From assembly GCA_021790195.1 (NCBI GenBank), contig JAJYIF010000003.1, positions 4,459 to 68,458 of the forward strand: a stretch of DNA of 64,000 bases, given 5' to 3'. The DNA is from Nitrospirota bacterium (lineage in GTDB: Bacteria; Nitrospirota; Thermodesulfovibrionia; Thermodesulfovibrionales; UBA9159). The notes below the pieces were generated by a model, which searched no databases, was not told the DNA's origin, and saw only the letters and a list, made by a program, of their open reading frames with translations. Shown here in pieces: positions 40,999 to 50,437 of this stretch. How positions within the stretch are numbered: the stretch's first letter is position 1; every line of letters begins with the position of its first letter. The position numbers were made by a program, and so were the translations under genes.

Positions 40999-42570
40999 AT
41001 GATAGTGCTACCGAATCTGGACTGGTATCTAAGCATTGGTGCTCACCAACAGCTAAGTCCGCGCTGCCCTTATGCGTCAGTATATCGCTGTCCCAGATTC
41101 TATCAAAGCCTGTCGTTATTAGGCAATGCTGGAAGTACCAAAATTGACCCAAAGGAAGACGACAGGCTAAAGGAGTCATGGGAAAGGACCGCTGTCTGGC
41201 CTGTAACAGCCGAACAAGCTACCACGATATCTGGCCCTGGTGAAGAGATCAAGCATTTCTCGCATTTCTGCCCGGAAGTGTCGTACGAGCGCTTCGGTCT
41301 CTTTGCGACTGAACTGCATAGATATGCGGATGAAATTGATATCGGTGTCGCTCACAGACAACTTTCCGCAGATAAGGTTTCGGTTGATGATTGGCGATGG
41401 AATTGGAGCCTTATTGAACCAATGCACTTTGTGGGATGTCCGCTATACTCTTTGCTTGAAAGCGGAAAAGGTATTAATGGCCTAAAACCATCTCTTACAG
41501 ACGGCGAACCAATAGAGGCGATAAATACTTCGCAGAGTTCAATCGCTCAAATCATAGGCAAGTATCAGGGGCAGCGGATTAAAGCGAATAATGACGCGCA
41601 ATTAGAACAATTCTTCGTACACAATGGAAAACTTCATTACATTGATATTGGTGCTGCTCAGGTCTGTGATAGATATGGGATAGTTCCTCAGCATGTGGAT
41701 GTGAAGGATGAGTTTATTTTTTCCGAAGAGGATAGCAAAGGCGGTGGCTATAATGCGGCACAAATGGAAGACATATTAATAAAGTTAGGGGTTGCAGTAC
41801 GTGAACACGCAGTGAGTTTCTCGGGTGAAAGAACGCCCGATAATCCCTTTCAAGTAATTCTTCATTTCTTATGGCCACCTGACACACTTAAAAAGAAAGC
41901 CCTTCTGGTTACGACGTTTTTGATCTTAGCTTGTTTTGCGATTTGGGGTACTCTCCCAGATAAGACTAAAACGGATATGATCGATTTATTAAGAGACAGA
42001 ATAGTTAAGACGAATGAAGGAGATAATTCCAAGCCGCAAAAAGCCATACCATTAGATAACGTCCAGCATGGTAACAGGGGTACTAATATAGCACAAGACG
42101 AGCATAACAAACAACAACGAGAGAATAAAACATCAGAACAGCCGAAGGCTGATTCTGTGAATCATCCATCAATGCAAATTTATGGAGAAAATACGTCAGT
42201 TGATTCATCAAAGCGACGTTCTGAAATTGCTTTTAAGTATCATGGTATTCTTGAAAATAGCGGGACGGTGCCAATCAGATTCGAAGGCCTTTTCGTTAAA
42301 TTTGGCACGGAAGGCGGCAACAGTTGGACACTGTCTCTTCAAAATTCCTTCTATCTCAAACCTAACGAGATATATCCCATTGAATACTCTCTACCTTGGT
42401 GGAGAGTTGACGAAATAAGGAAGGGAAGTACTAACGCAAAGTACAGGATTTATATAATAGCACGCTTTCAAGATGAACGAGGCAAAACAGTCGAAAGAAA
42501 CCGTTGGATAGGCTCCTTTGAGAACAGTAGTCCTTCTCCTGTTATTAATGGTGGAAATATATTGTACTGA
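40999..42570 (+). CDS. Hypothetical mosaic protein (Cys-containing N-terminal domain, central TM, C-terminal beta-rich domain)
   Basis: 523-aa ORF in the AT-rich cassette region; no recognisable family. Confidence 0.55.
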   Translation: MIVLPNLDWYLSIGAHQQLSPRCPYASVYRCPRFYQSLSLLGNAGSTKIDPKEDDRLKESWERTAVWPVTAEQATTISGPGEEIKHFSHFCPEVSYERFGLFATELHRYADEIDIGVAHRQLSADKVSVDDWRWNWSLIEPMHFVGCPLYSLLESGKGINGLKPSLTDGEPIEAINTSQSSIAQIIGKYQGQRIKANNDAQLEQFFVHNGKLHYIDIGAAQVCDRYGIVPQHVDVKDEFIFSEEDSKGGGYNAAQMEDILIKLGVAVREHAVSFSGERTPDNPFQVILHFLWPPDTLKKKALLVTTFLILACFAIWGTLPDKTKTDMIDLLRDRIVKTNEGDNSKPQKAIPLDNVQHGNRGTNIAQDEHNKQQRENKTSEQPKADSVNHPSMQIYGENTSVDSSKRRSEIAFKYHGILENSGTVPIRFEGLFVKFGTEGGNSWTLSLQNSFYLKPNEIYPIEYSLPWWRVDEIRKGSTNAKYRIYIIARFQDERGKTVERNRWIGSFENSSPSPVINGGNILY

Positions 42571-42636
42571 GGCGGACTCTTGGGAATAGAAGAGCAGATA
42601 TGAGGGACGGTGGTGAATTAGGTGAAGTATTGTGGT

Positions 42637-42684
42637 TTCCAAGCAATCGTTCAACCCGCCAGGCGGGTTAACTCATCGTTAGCT
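42637..42684 (+). repeat. attC-like site (degenerate inverse core)
   Basis: gttcAACCCGCC-a-GGCGGGTTaactcatc-GTTAGCT. Confidence 0.6.
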
Positions 42685-42700
42685 GTAAGAAAGGATAAAT

Positions 42701-43498
42701 ATGCAGGAAGATCGAGAGTATTCAGTATATCCAAGCGATCTTGATATTTACGCCTCTTTTAAAGAATTTGCGGACTACTTGAAAAGTAATGGGTACGAGT
42801 CCATGGGGCAAAAATCGCGCGATCATTCATTAACAATACATCTCTCAAAATTCCAGCGGCTCCATGCTGAAAATTTTGACGAGTTTCTGCGTACACTTGA
42901 AAAGAATAAGAGTGCTCTCCCCATCGAATTACATTACTATTGGGAAAAAGCAGATAAAAGCTTTTCATCTATTATCAATGTTCGCAAGTCAGGCCTGGAG
43001 GTCTGCGTGCGTTCAGATGATTTAGATGTAGTAAGTTCAATTCATGATCACATCAGAACCTATTTTAAGGCTAGCAATCCTCTGCAGGACAATACAGATA
43101 GGATCTCAAAGTTCGGGTTGAAAAAGTCTATATTTCTTGCTCATCGGTTTGACGAGACTGGAAATATAGTCGCTTCAAAAGTTCTTACGTTTTTAAAACG
43201 ATTGGGGTTTGACGTAAAAGAAGGTAGTGGATACGAAACAAAGAATATACCCGATAAGGTCACATCAAAGATTAAATCGCAGGATATATTCATTTGCATC
43301 TTCACTTCCGGAGACTCATCCTGGATCATCAGTGAAACGTCTTATGCAAAGGCCTTGGGTAAATACATCATCATCCTTTGTGACGAATCATTGAATATCA
43401 ACAAAGGCATCATCGGCGGCGATTATGAGCACATCCCGTTTCCAAGTGAATTTGTCGAGAAGGCGTATTCTGACCTTCTCTATTGCCTTCCATCGTAA
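42701..43498 (+). CDS. C-terminal TIR-like (nucleoside deoxyribosyltransferase/TIR) domain protein, putative defence effector
   Basis: SIFLAHRF...I..SQDIFICIFT....SWIISE.SYAKALGK.IIILC pattern with a putative catalytic Glu. Confidence 0.65.
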   Translation: MQEDREYSVYPSDLDIYASFKEFADYLKSNGYESMGQKSRDHSLTIHLSKFQRLHAENFDEFLRTLEKNKSALPIELHYYWEKADKSFSSIINVRKSGLEVCVRSDDLDVVSSIHDHIRTYFKASNPLQDNTDRISKFGLKKSIFLAHRFDETGNIVASKVLTFLKRLGFDVKEGSGYETKNIPDKVTSKIKSQDIFICIFTSGDSSWIISETSYAKALGKYIIILCDESLNINKGIIGGDYEHIPFPSEFVEKAYSDLLYCLPS

Positions 43499-43519
43499 TT
43501 TGGAATCCGCTCTAAGGAA

Positions 43520-43579
43520 AGCCAACGTGGCGCTCCACAGCGACGCGCCGGAAAGCGGCGCGTGACAGCCGTGTTATAC
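43520..43579 (+). repeat. attC site (60 bp)
   Basis: AGCCAAC...ACGCGCCG-gaaag-CGGCGCGT...GTTATAC. Confidence 0.8.
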
Positions 43580-43590
43580 CCAAGGCAAAT

Positions 43591-44007
43591 ATGACAGACA
43601 ACACTTCAAAGATTGAATCTTATCTTGAGGAATTCAAAAAAGGCGACAGCCAAAACGCACTTTGCTGTCTGACAAACCTACCACACGATATCCTTCCCGA
43701 CTTAATCGCCGGACTTAAGAAAGAGAGAGACAGCCACGTTCGTGTTTTTCTAGTTGAGACTATTTGGCAGCATCGCCAGCAGTCAGTTATTCCGTTTCTC
43801 GCCGAAGTACTTCACGATCCTGAACCGGACATCTGGAAAGAAGCCTTGAACGGTTTAGTTACGTTAGCAAGCCCAGAAGCCATTGAAGCCCTTCGTTCGG
43901 CTAGAAAACGTCAATTCAAACACGACAAAGATGCGCAGGAGTTTCGTGAATGGCTTGATGAAGCGATAGGGCAATCCGAGGCAGAAATTAGTAAAAGTGC
44001 GAAGTAA
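43591..44007 (+). CDS. HEAT-repeat-like protein (cassette)
   Basis: Helical repeats, e.g. VIPFLAEVLHDPEPDIWKEALNGL; bounded by GTTATAC/GTATAAC. Confidence 0.65.
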   Translation: MTDNTSKIESYLEEFKKGDSQNALCCLTNLPHDILPDLIAGLKKERDSHVRVFLVETIWQHRQQSVIPFLAEVLHDPEPDIWKEALNGLVTLASPEAIEALRSARKRQFKHDKDAQEFREWLDEAIGQSEAEISKSAK

Positions 44008-44011
44008 TAAG

Positions 44012-44066
44012 GTATAACAAACGGGTTCACAGCGACGCGGGCGTTCTCCCGGTCGCTTCGCTGGCG
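44012..44066 (+). repeat. Truncated attC site (left half)
   Basis: GTATAAC inverse core right after the stop; shares CACAGCGACGCG with the 43520 site; no right-hand core. Confidence 0.65.
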
Positions 44067-44320
44067 GAAGAAGGAGAGATATAATGCGATACAACAAACG
44101 GATATTTTCCCTTTCTATTCTTCTCTTCATATTTGCTTGCGCTTCGGTATTATATGGTCAGGAGAAGTAGGACATCTGTGGTCTTCACAGTAGTTACCTT
44201 GATGCCATGCCTTGCGGTTTACTTTCTGAGACGACGGCGCAAATAGAATCAAACAATGAGGCAAGGAGCACATAACGTCTCACTCGACCCTCGTGTATAA
44301 TAAAGACAAAAGGAGGCGCT

Positions 44321-44542
44321 ATGGTACACAAACTTGCGGCAATTATAGAGAAGGAGGGCGACGGATACGTAGCTCTATGTCCTGAGCTTGACATAGTAAG
44401 CCAGGGCAATACCATCGAGCAGGCGCGGGACAACCTTAAGGAGGCACTGGAGCTATTTTTTGAGGCTGCCTCTCCGGAAGAAATAAGGAGTAGGCTTCAC
44501 GGAGACGTTTTCGTAACGCAGGTTGAGGTTGCTGTTGGGTAA
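44321..44542 (+). CDS. HicB family antitoxin
   Basis: IIEKEGDGYVALCPEL.IVSQG.TIEQA..NLKEALEL. Confidence 0.88.
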   Translation: MVHKLAAIIEKEGDGYVALCPELDIVSQGNTIEQARDNLKEALELFFEAASPEEIRSRLHGDVFVTQVEVAVG

Positions 44543-44753
44543 ACTCCGTGTATTTTCCGGGAGGGAAGTGTGCTCGCTTCTTGCCCGGCATGGCTTCAGT
44601 GAGGTCCGAAGGAGAGGGAGCCACATCGTCATGCAAAAGAAATTGTCAAACAGTACGATTACTATTCCAATCCCAGACCACCATGAAATCAGAATTGGCA
44701 CCCTGCAGTCTATCATACGGCAGTCCGGTATCTCCCGATCTGAATTTGAATAA
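44535..44753 (+). CDS. HicA family toxin
   Basis: GF.EVRRRGSH..M, IPDH.EI.IGTL.SIIRQSG. Confidence 0.88.
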   Translation: MGKLRVFSGREVCSLLARHGFSEVRRRGSHIVMQKKLSNSTITIPIPDHHEIRIGTLQSIIRQSGISRSEFE

Positions 44754-44765
44754 TGAAATATCGCC

Positions 44766-44843
44766 ACATAACAAATTACTCGTGCCGATTCGTTTCCCGC
44801 CTACCGGCAGGCAGGCGCTCTCGGCACAGTTCCGGCGTTATCT
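44766..44843 (+). repeat. attC site (78 bp) with inserted 20-bp palindrome
   Basis: ACATAAC..CTCGTGCCGA...TCGGCACAG..GTTATCT. Confidence 0.75.
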
Positions 44844-44953
44844 TCGTGCGGCTGATGCATGGCATTATTCCTTAAAGGAAAGATCAAATGGATTCAGGCA
44901 AACTATCGCCGGGGAAAGTTTACTTCAATTGTGGCTATGAAGACCTCTGTTGC

Positions 44954-45460
44954 CTATTCTCCCATTATCCTTCTGACCATCTCCTTCATCAGGGCCGGCA
45001 GGTCCGAGGGCTGGCGCGAGGTGACCAAATTGCCGTCCACAACGACCTCTTTATCAATATAGGTTGCGCCCGCTTCCTTCAATTCCGCAGCTACAGACCT
45101 ATAGCATGTGGCCGCCCTTCCCTTCATGACACCTGCGCTTATGAGGACCTGTGGTCCGTGACAAATGGCGAATACAGGTTTACCTTTGTCAATAAAATGC
45201 CTGACGATCTCTAAGGCCCTTTCTTCCCTTCTGACGGCTTCCGGCGCTTTCCCTCCGGGGAGAAACAGTAAGTCGTAACCAGCAGGATCGATCTCCCCCA
45301 GCGTACGGTCAATAGCGACTTCATATCCGTGCTTTCCTTTCAGCTTCCCCAGGCGGGCTGAAGCGACTTCCACGCTAACTCCTTCCTCCTTCAGCCGATA
45401 ATAAGGAACAAGCAGCTCAGTATCTTCAAAATTGTCCGAGCTGATAATCAAGGCGTTCAT
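44954..45460 (-). CDS. PfpI/DJ-1 family intracellular protease/deglycase
   Basis: Motifs FEDTEL, PGG, AICHGPQ, DGNLVTSR.P.DL. Confidence 0.92.
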   Translation of the reverse strand: MNALIISSDNFEDTELLVPYYRLKEEGVSVEVASARLGKLKGKHGYEVAIDRTLGEIDPAGYDLLFLPGGKAPEAVRREERALEIVRHFIDKGKPVFAICHGPQVLISAGVMKGRAATCYRSVAAELKEAGATYIDKEVVVDGNLVTSRQPSDLPALMKEMVRRIMGE

Positions 45461-45566
45461 AAGTTCACACCTCCTTCAGCAGACTTCCTGAATCTATTCT
45501 ATCACTATGTGACGGACGGAATTATATGGACCTTGGCGGCGTGCGCGAACTATTTTGAAGTTCCGT

Positions 45567-46616
45567 TCAGTGCGGGCCATGGTCCATCCTGTGGAAAGTG
45601 CCGTCTTCAATGATATGGTCCATATGAACCATATGACGCGCAGGGATTTCGTGACGGAGCAGCGCGGCGCAGAAGAGCACACCGACGATGAGGAGCGCTT
45701 CGATTCCGACACGGCGCCGAAACCTTACCAGGACCTCTCGAGCGTCGGGCTTAGGCCCGGAGGGCGTGAAGACCTTACCCGTAAAGCGTCCGATCACACT
45801 CTTTTCTTTGGCTGCGAGACCCGCGCTTTCTGTCAGAAGGGGAACCATCACATACCGGTTGATCGCGCCAAGACAAATAAGGACAAGAAAAAGGACGGTC
45901 TTTACAATGACGGCAAGGCCGTAAGACGTCTTCCAGAGGGCATCCACATATCTCACGTAGAACCAGAAGTTATAGATCGCCGACAATGCGACGACTCCGA
46001 CCGAAATGCCGGCTATTGTCGAAAATCTGACCGCAGTATGCGAAACAACGGGGAGTGCCGCTGCATCGCTTTTCACAAAATCGGGAAGGACAAAGAGCCA
46101 GAGGACCATCAATCCGCCTCCCCAGAAGCAGACCGCGAGCAGATGAAGCCAATCCGCTATCTCGGGAAGACTCAGGTCCCCGGAGTCGGAGGCGTGGCCC
46201 GATGCGCTCGCAGTCGCCGAAACAACAAGGGCGAGAAGAAGCATGAAGAGCAGGAAGGGCCGCTTATCGCGATAGCGCACAACCGTTTTAGAAAGCGCCA
46301 GTAGACCGAGCGCAAGCATGCGGACAATCCAGACATGCCCGTAATGGGTCTTGAAAAGCACGGTCGGGACCGCCGGGAAATAGGACGGAAAAGGTTGTCC
46401 GGTAATCTCGGATGTTCTGGTAAGGAACTCAATAATGCTTCCAGCTGTCAGGACGGCGATGCCGAAGCAGAACAACTTCCACATACCCGAAACAAAACCT
46501 TCCCGGTACGAAAAACCGCTCTCAGTCGCAGGTGATAAGACCCACAGCCGGCAGATGATCGCGCCCGTGCAAAACACAAGCGAGACGAGTTCGAGCCATT
46601 CAGGGATTACATGCAT
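45567..46616 (-). CDS. copD: CopD family copper resistance membrane protein
   Basis: SGHA, WLHLLA..FW.GGL, TSYG; His/Met-rich tail. Confidence 0.82.
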   Translation of the reverse strand: MHVIPEWLELVSLVFCTGAIICRLWVLSPATESGFSYREGFVSGMWKLFCFGIAVLTAGSIIEFLTRTSEITGQPFPSYFPAVPTVLFKTHYGHVWIVRMLALGLLALSKTVVRYRDKRPFLLFMLLLALVVSATASASGHASDSGDLSLPEIADWLHLLAVCFWGGGLMVLWLFVLPDFVKSDAAALPVVSHTAVRFSTIAGISVGVVALSAIYNFWFYVRYVDALWKTSYGLAVIVKTVLFLVLICLGAINRYVMVPLLTESAGLAAKEKSVIGRFTGKVFTPSGPKPDAREVLVRFRRRVGIEALLIVGVLFCAALLRHEIPARHMVHMDHIIEDGTFHRMDHGPH

Positions 46617-46658
46617 TCAACGCCTCTTCGCACAGAAGTTATCCATAAGGGTCGATCG

Positions 46659-47021
46659 TCATTTGACCGTGAACGTGAATTGTCCCTGCGTTCTGTGAGT
46701 GTCCCTTGCCACAACATTCCAGATCACCAAGTACGTTCCGGGCGCTAGGGGCGGAACGCTCACCTCCAGGAGTCTCGGGTTAGACGGGTCTACACGACTG
46801 TCCCCCTTGTCCACCATCCTGCCGTCCATGCTATGGACCATGAGGCTTGAAAAAGCCGGCTCCAGATCGCTGTCAAACCAGATCCTGACAATTGATGGGG
46901 AGGCTGTTACTGTCGAGCCTACCCTGGGGTCGGAATGGTCTGGAAAGGCATGGCCCCGGCATATGCCTCCGGATATGAAAAAAAAGGCGACGAACAGAAA
47001 GATGATCGAAGCTCTCATCAA
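46659..47021 (-). CDS. copC: CopC periplasmic copper-binding protein
   Basis: Signal peptide then HA...S.P; W.VVA.D.H.T.G motif. Confidence 0.88.
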   Translation of the reverse strand: MMRASIIFLFVAFFFISGGICRGHAFPDHSDPRVGSTVTASPSIVRIWFDSDLEPAFSSLMVHSMDGRMVDKGDSRVDPSNPRLLEVSVPPLAPGTYLVIWNVVARDTHRTQGQFTFTVK

Positions 47022-47995
47022 TGGAAGATGGGTCTGCCGACGCTTCGGGGAAAAAGGTCGTCAACGTATAAATGAAACAGACCGAGAACGCCGACGCTAT
47101 GACCCGACCGCGAGTTTACAGGGATTTGCGCCGCCATGCCGAACTCCATATATTTCCCGCACCAGACAATGCCCGGATTCACAGTGCCGGTCGTCTGTCC
47201 CTTACAGTCCGCGTTCATGCAGGTCTGCATGGGAAACTCCGTCACCAATATCATGCGCCTGAACGGGTCCCCGAGCCCGATATCTTTCACAAAGGATTGA
47301 AAGTACATGAGACTATATTGTACTGAAAATGCCCAGGTAATGTCAGTCGGATTCCGCTCTACGTTGAGTGTTCCGTCAGGGCCCGCCGTCACGTTCTTGC
47401 TCCGTGTCGGGAAACTGGGAGCGAACACTCCGGTGATCGCGAAGGGTCTCAGAAAGTTCACTGAGTAGGGAAGATCGCCGAATCCCTTGCCGAAAAAGAA
47501 ACCGGGCGAAATGGTCGAAAAAGAATCCGCTACCCGATGGGCCCCCGTCCCTCCGATATCGATATCTGTTCCCACCGACATGATCAGCTCGTGCGGCTCA
47601 TTCGTGAGAAACTGCCATTTTGCTCCCACCCCGAGGTTATCCCAGCCGTTTGCCGAGCCGTCTCCGTTTGACCCGAGGTGGATGTGGGCCTCGTGGAACT
47701 CCAGTCCAAAATTGGGTATGATGCGCTTCGAATAGTCGATATCGACCTCTGTCAGCTTGTTCGGCTCTTCTCCGGGCTGTTTTGCGCGGTTGACAAGGAT
47801 CGAAAACTCATCCGAAATAAAGGGGTCATCCACCTGAAAGGTCGTAGGGAAAAACCTCTGCCCGGCGAAACCGTGAGCCCAGGCCGAAACAGGGACGAGA
47901 ATGGCAAATACCCCTGTAAACACCACTGCCCTGAATAATCGTTGAATTGCACCATCACCCCTTGCCCGGCTGCGCATGCTTCCCTTAGCTGTCAT
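47018..47995 (-). CDS. Exported, probably outer-membrane beta-barrel protein linked to copCD
   Basis: Signal ending AWA-HG; alternating beta-strand pattern; translationally coupled to copC. Confidence 0.6.
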   Translation of the reverse strand: MTAKGSMRSRARGDGAIQRLFRAVVFTGVFAILVPVSAWAHGFAGQRFFPTTFQVDDPFISDEFSILVNRAKQPGEEPNKLTEVDIDYSKRIIPNFGLEFHEAHIHLGSNGDGSANGWDNLGVGAKWQFLTNEPHELIMSVGTDIDIGGTGAHRVADSFSTISPGFFFGKGFGDLPYSVNFLRPFAITGVFAPSFPTRSKNVTAGPDGTLNVERNPTDITWAFSVQYSLMYFQSFVKDIGLGDPFRRMILVTEFPMQTCMNADCKGQTTGTVNPGIVWCGKYMEFGMAAQIPVNSRSGHSVGVLGLFHLYVDDLFPRSVGRPIFH

Positions 47996-48124
47996 ATATC
48001 CTCCCCGAATCGGAGTCTGTGCGACACGTCTCTCAATGCCTCGTGTCATTCTATCAGCGAATCACTATAGCGTCAAATCATCCAGGGCTTTCCTTGCGCG
48101 AAAGCATAATGCGCCTCCAGCGGT

Positions 48125-48409
48125 CTAAGGAGGCACTCCTGTGATATCAGGGCGTTTCGCTTTGACCGTCTCCTGCAATATCCTCATGCGCCTTGCTAGG
48201 TCCCTCAGTGCGTCCGCAAGGCTGAGACCATCCTCCATCTTTTCCCTGATAAACTGCGCCTTGGCAAGCTCACAAATCATCCTTTCGGTAGAATCATTTC
48301 TGACGCAAATGTTCCTGCCTGTTTCTAGCTGCTGACCTATGCAATTCTCGATCTGCTCCGGAGTGTATCTGCGCGCGAGCTCCCTTATCTGTTTCACTTC
48401 AAGACTCAT
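48125..48409 (-). CDS. Hypothetical protein
   Basis: 94-aa ORF overlapping the stop of the upstream gene. Confidence 0.6.
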   Translation of the reverse strand: MSLEVKQIRELARRYTPEQIENCIGQQLETGRNICVRNDSTERMICELAKAQFIREKMEDGLSLADALRDLARRMRILQETVKAKRPDITGVPP

Positions 48410-49044
48410 ACCTGCTCCGCTTTGAGCAGAAAGACGACCTCCTCATCGCTCACCTGCCTGAAATCCTGATAATAATTGCCGACCGCCATAAAGTCAAAAG
48501 GGGCGCTGAGACACACAAGATCATCTACCATGTTCCTGATCTCCTCCCTCGCTTCAACGGAAGCTACCGGAAAGGCCGCGACGAGGCGTGCAACTCTTTC
48601 ATTCCTCAGCGTCGATATTGTCGCCTTCATTGTAGCTCCGGTGGCAACGCCGTCGTCTACTAAAATAACCGCCTTCCCTGCGAGGGATGTCATGGCCCTG
48701 CCCTCCCGGTAAACAGACGCCCTTCTTCGCGTCTCCTCCATCTGCCTCGAAATCTCTCCCTGTATGTATTCTTCGGAAATTCCGTAGGCGTCTATGATGT
48801 CCTTATTCAGCCAGACAAGGCCGGTTTCGGAGACCGCCCCGACCGCCAATTCAGTCCGGCCCGGAAACCCCAATTTTCTGACGATAAGGACATCGAGGGG
48901 ACAATTCAAGATACGGGCCACTGCATGGCCTGTTACAACCCCTCCCCTCGGCAGAGCGAGCACAAGAGCGTCTTTACGTTCTCTATATCTAGCCAGTCTC
49001 GAAGCGAGTCTTTCGCCGGCATCTCTTCTATCTCTAAACAGCAT
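48406..49044 (-). CDS. Phosphoribosyltransferase family protein
   Basis: Motifs FRDRRDAG, LPRGGV, VDDGVATGAT. Confidence 0.9.
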   Translation of the reverse strand: MLFRDRRDAGERLASRLARYRERKDALVLALPRGGVVTGHAVARILNCPLDVLIVRKLGFPGRTELAVGAVSETGLVWLNKDIIDAYGISEEYIQGEISRQMEETRRRASVYREGRAMTSLAGKAVILVDDGVATGATMKATISTLRNERVARLVAAFPVASVEAREEIRNMVDDLVCLSAPFDFMAVGNYYQDFRQVSDEEVVFLLKAEQV

Positions 49045-49110
49045 ATCGACTCCGGAACGGCGGCATGCCTTGAGCGACAAGCCCACCCTCCTGGCCCAAA
49101 GGAGCCGGGA

Positions 49111-49689
49111 CTACCTGATCCTCGTCTCGACCGCTTTCCAGTCGATGTTCTTAAAAAATGACTCTATGTAATCGCCCCTTTTTAGTCCGTAATCGATCAT
49201 GAAGGCGTGTTCGAAGACATCCATGATGAGCAGGGGGTTGCACCCGGCAGGATGCGAAACATCATGTTCATTGATCCAGAAATTGACGAGCTTCCCGCTC
49301 GCCGGGTCCTGATAGAGGGCGCACCAGCCGATGCCCCTCATCGAGCCCGTGCCCTTGAAGTCTTTTTCCCAGGCCTCGTAGTTTCCAAAGTCCTCGGAGA
49401 ATTTATTTGCAAGCTTTCCGCTCTTGTTGAACTCGCCTTTTCCGCCGAGGTTCTCGAAATATAATTCATGGAGCCTCATGCCGTTGAACTCCCACCCCAA
49501 TCTTCTCTTAAGTTCTGCAAACTCCGGAGCGGCGGTCTTCCCCTCCTTCAACATCTGACCCAGAATGTCCATTACCTTATTTGTATTGGTCACATAGCCC
49601 TGGTAGAGGGTAAAATGGTTCCTTAAAAGGGTCTCGCTGAATCCCTGCATCCCGATCAGTTTTGCGTAGTCTTTAGCAGTGTACGACAT
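49111..49689 (-). CDS. Fe/Mn superoxide dismutase family protein
   Basis: Motifs NH..LY.GYV, LHELYF, DVFEHAF. Confidence 0.88.
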   Translation of the reverse strand: MSYTAKDYAKLIGMQGFSETLLRNHFTLYQGYVTNTNKVMDILGQMLKEGKTAAPEFAELKRRLGWEFNGMRLHELYFENLGGKGEFNKSGKLANKFSEDFGNYEAWEKDFKGTGSMRGIGWCALYQDPASGKLVNFWINEHDVSHPAGCNPLLIMDVFEHAFMIDYGLKRGDYIESFFKNIDWKAVETRIR

Positions 49690-49855
49690 ATTGTTCCTCC
49701 TTTTAGTTCTCTAATCTGAAGGTCTGATTCGGAATCAAATACTACCTGATCCTATAGATTAAAGCTTACCCCAAACGTCCGGAATGTCAATAAGCAGCGC
49801 ATCTTGCGAAAGATGTATTGCGCGAAGGAATATTTCGAGCCCCGATTGGCTTTTT

Positions 49856-50437
49856 CTATCCGCCGTGTCTTATCCTCGGAAATAATCTCGGCACATCTTC
49901 TTTATAGCGTCTGTATTCTTCACCGAAGCGGGCCAGGAGCTCCTTTTCTTCGAGAGGGATAACCAGCAGATTGACCGCGACAAGGTCGATGAGGGTGCTT
50001 ATCCCCACGGCTATGATTCCCGTCATCAGAAAGACGCCTAGGAACATCATGGAATGCGACAGATAAGTCGGGTGCCTTACGACGCCGAAGGCCCCTTCGG
50101 CAACAAACCTGCCCTTATTCTCCCGGGACACCTCGGGCACCCCGATAAGACCCGACAAATGCAGGAGCCTCGCCGTCCACAACTGAAGAAGGGCTCCGGC
50201 GGCAAAGACGGCAATCCCCGCCAGAGTCACAAATAGCGGAAATATGATCCTGTAGCGGAGCAGGAAAGCCCTGTGAGAATAAATCAGATATGCAACAGGC
50301 ATCCACGTAATCAGCGGGAGTATATAAGTTAAGAGGCCGAGCCGCTTAAACAACCCTGGAAGTCCGTGAACCGGGACCCAGAAAAGGGGCACCGCAGGCC
50401 ACAGCATCATAGTTATGAGTGCTATTGAGTCGGTCAC
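49856..50437 (-). CDS. Isoprenylcysteine carboxyl methyltransferase/PEMT family membrane protein
   Basis: G.F..VRHP.Y, EEKEL..RFG..Y..Y...VPR. Confidence 0.85.
   Translation of the reverse strand: MTDSIALITMMLWPAVPLFWVPVHGLPGLFKRLGLLTYILPLITWMPVAYLIYSHRAFLLRYRIIFPLFVTLAGIAVFAAGALLQLWTARLLHLSGLIGVPEVSRENKGRFVAEGAFGVVRHPTYLSHSMMFLGVFLMTGIIAVGISTLIDLVAVNLLVIPLEEKELLARFGEEYRRYKEDVPRLFPRIRHGG

Larger units (their letters stand above)
40896..44950 (+). mobile_element. Integron-type gene cassette array without integrase (CALIN), partly decayed
   Basis: AT-richer, co-oriented ORFs separated by attC-like sites. The core/inverse-core pairs match across cassettes (GTTAGCT..AGCCAAC; GTTATAC..GTATAAC). 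Confidence 0.75.
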
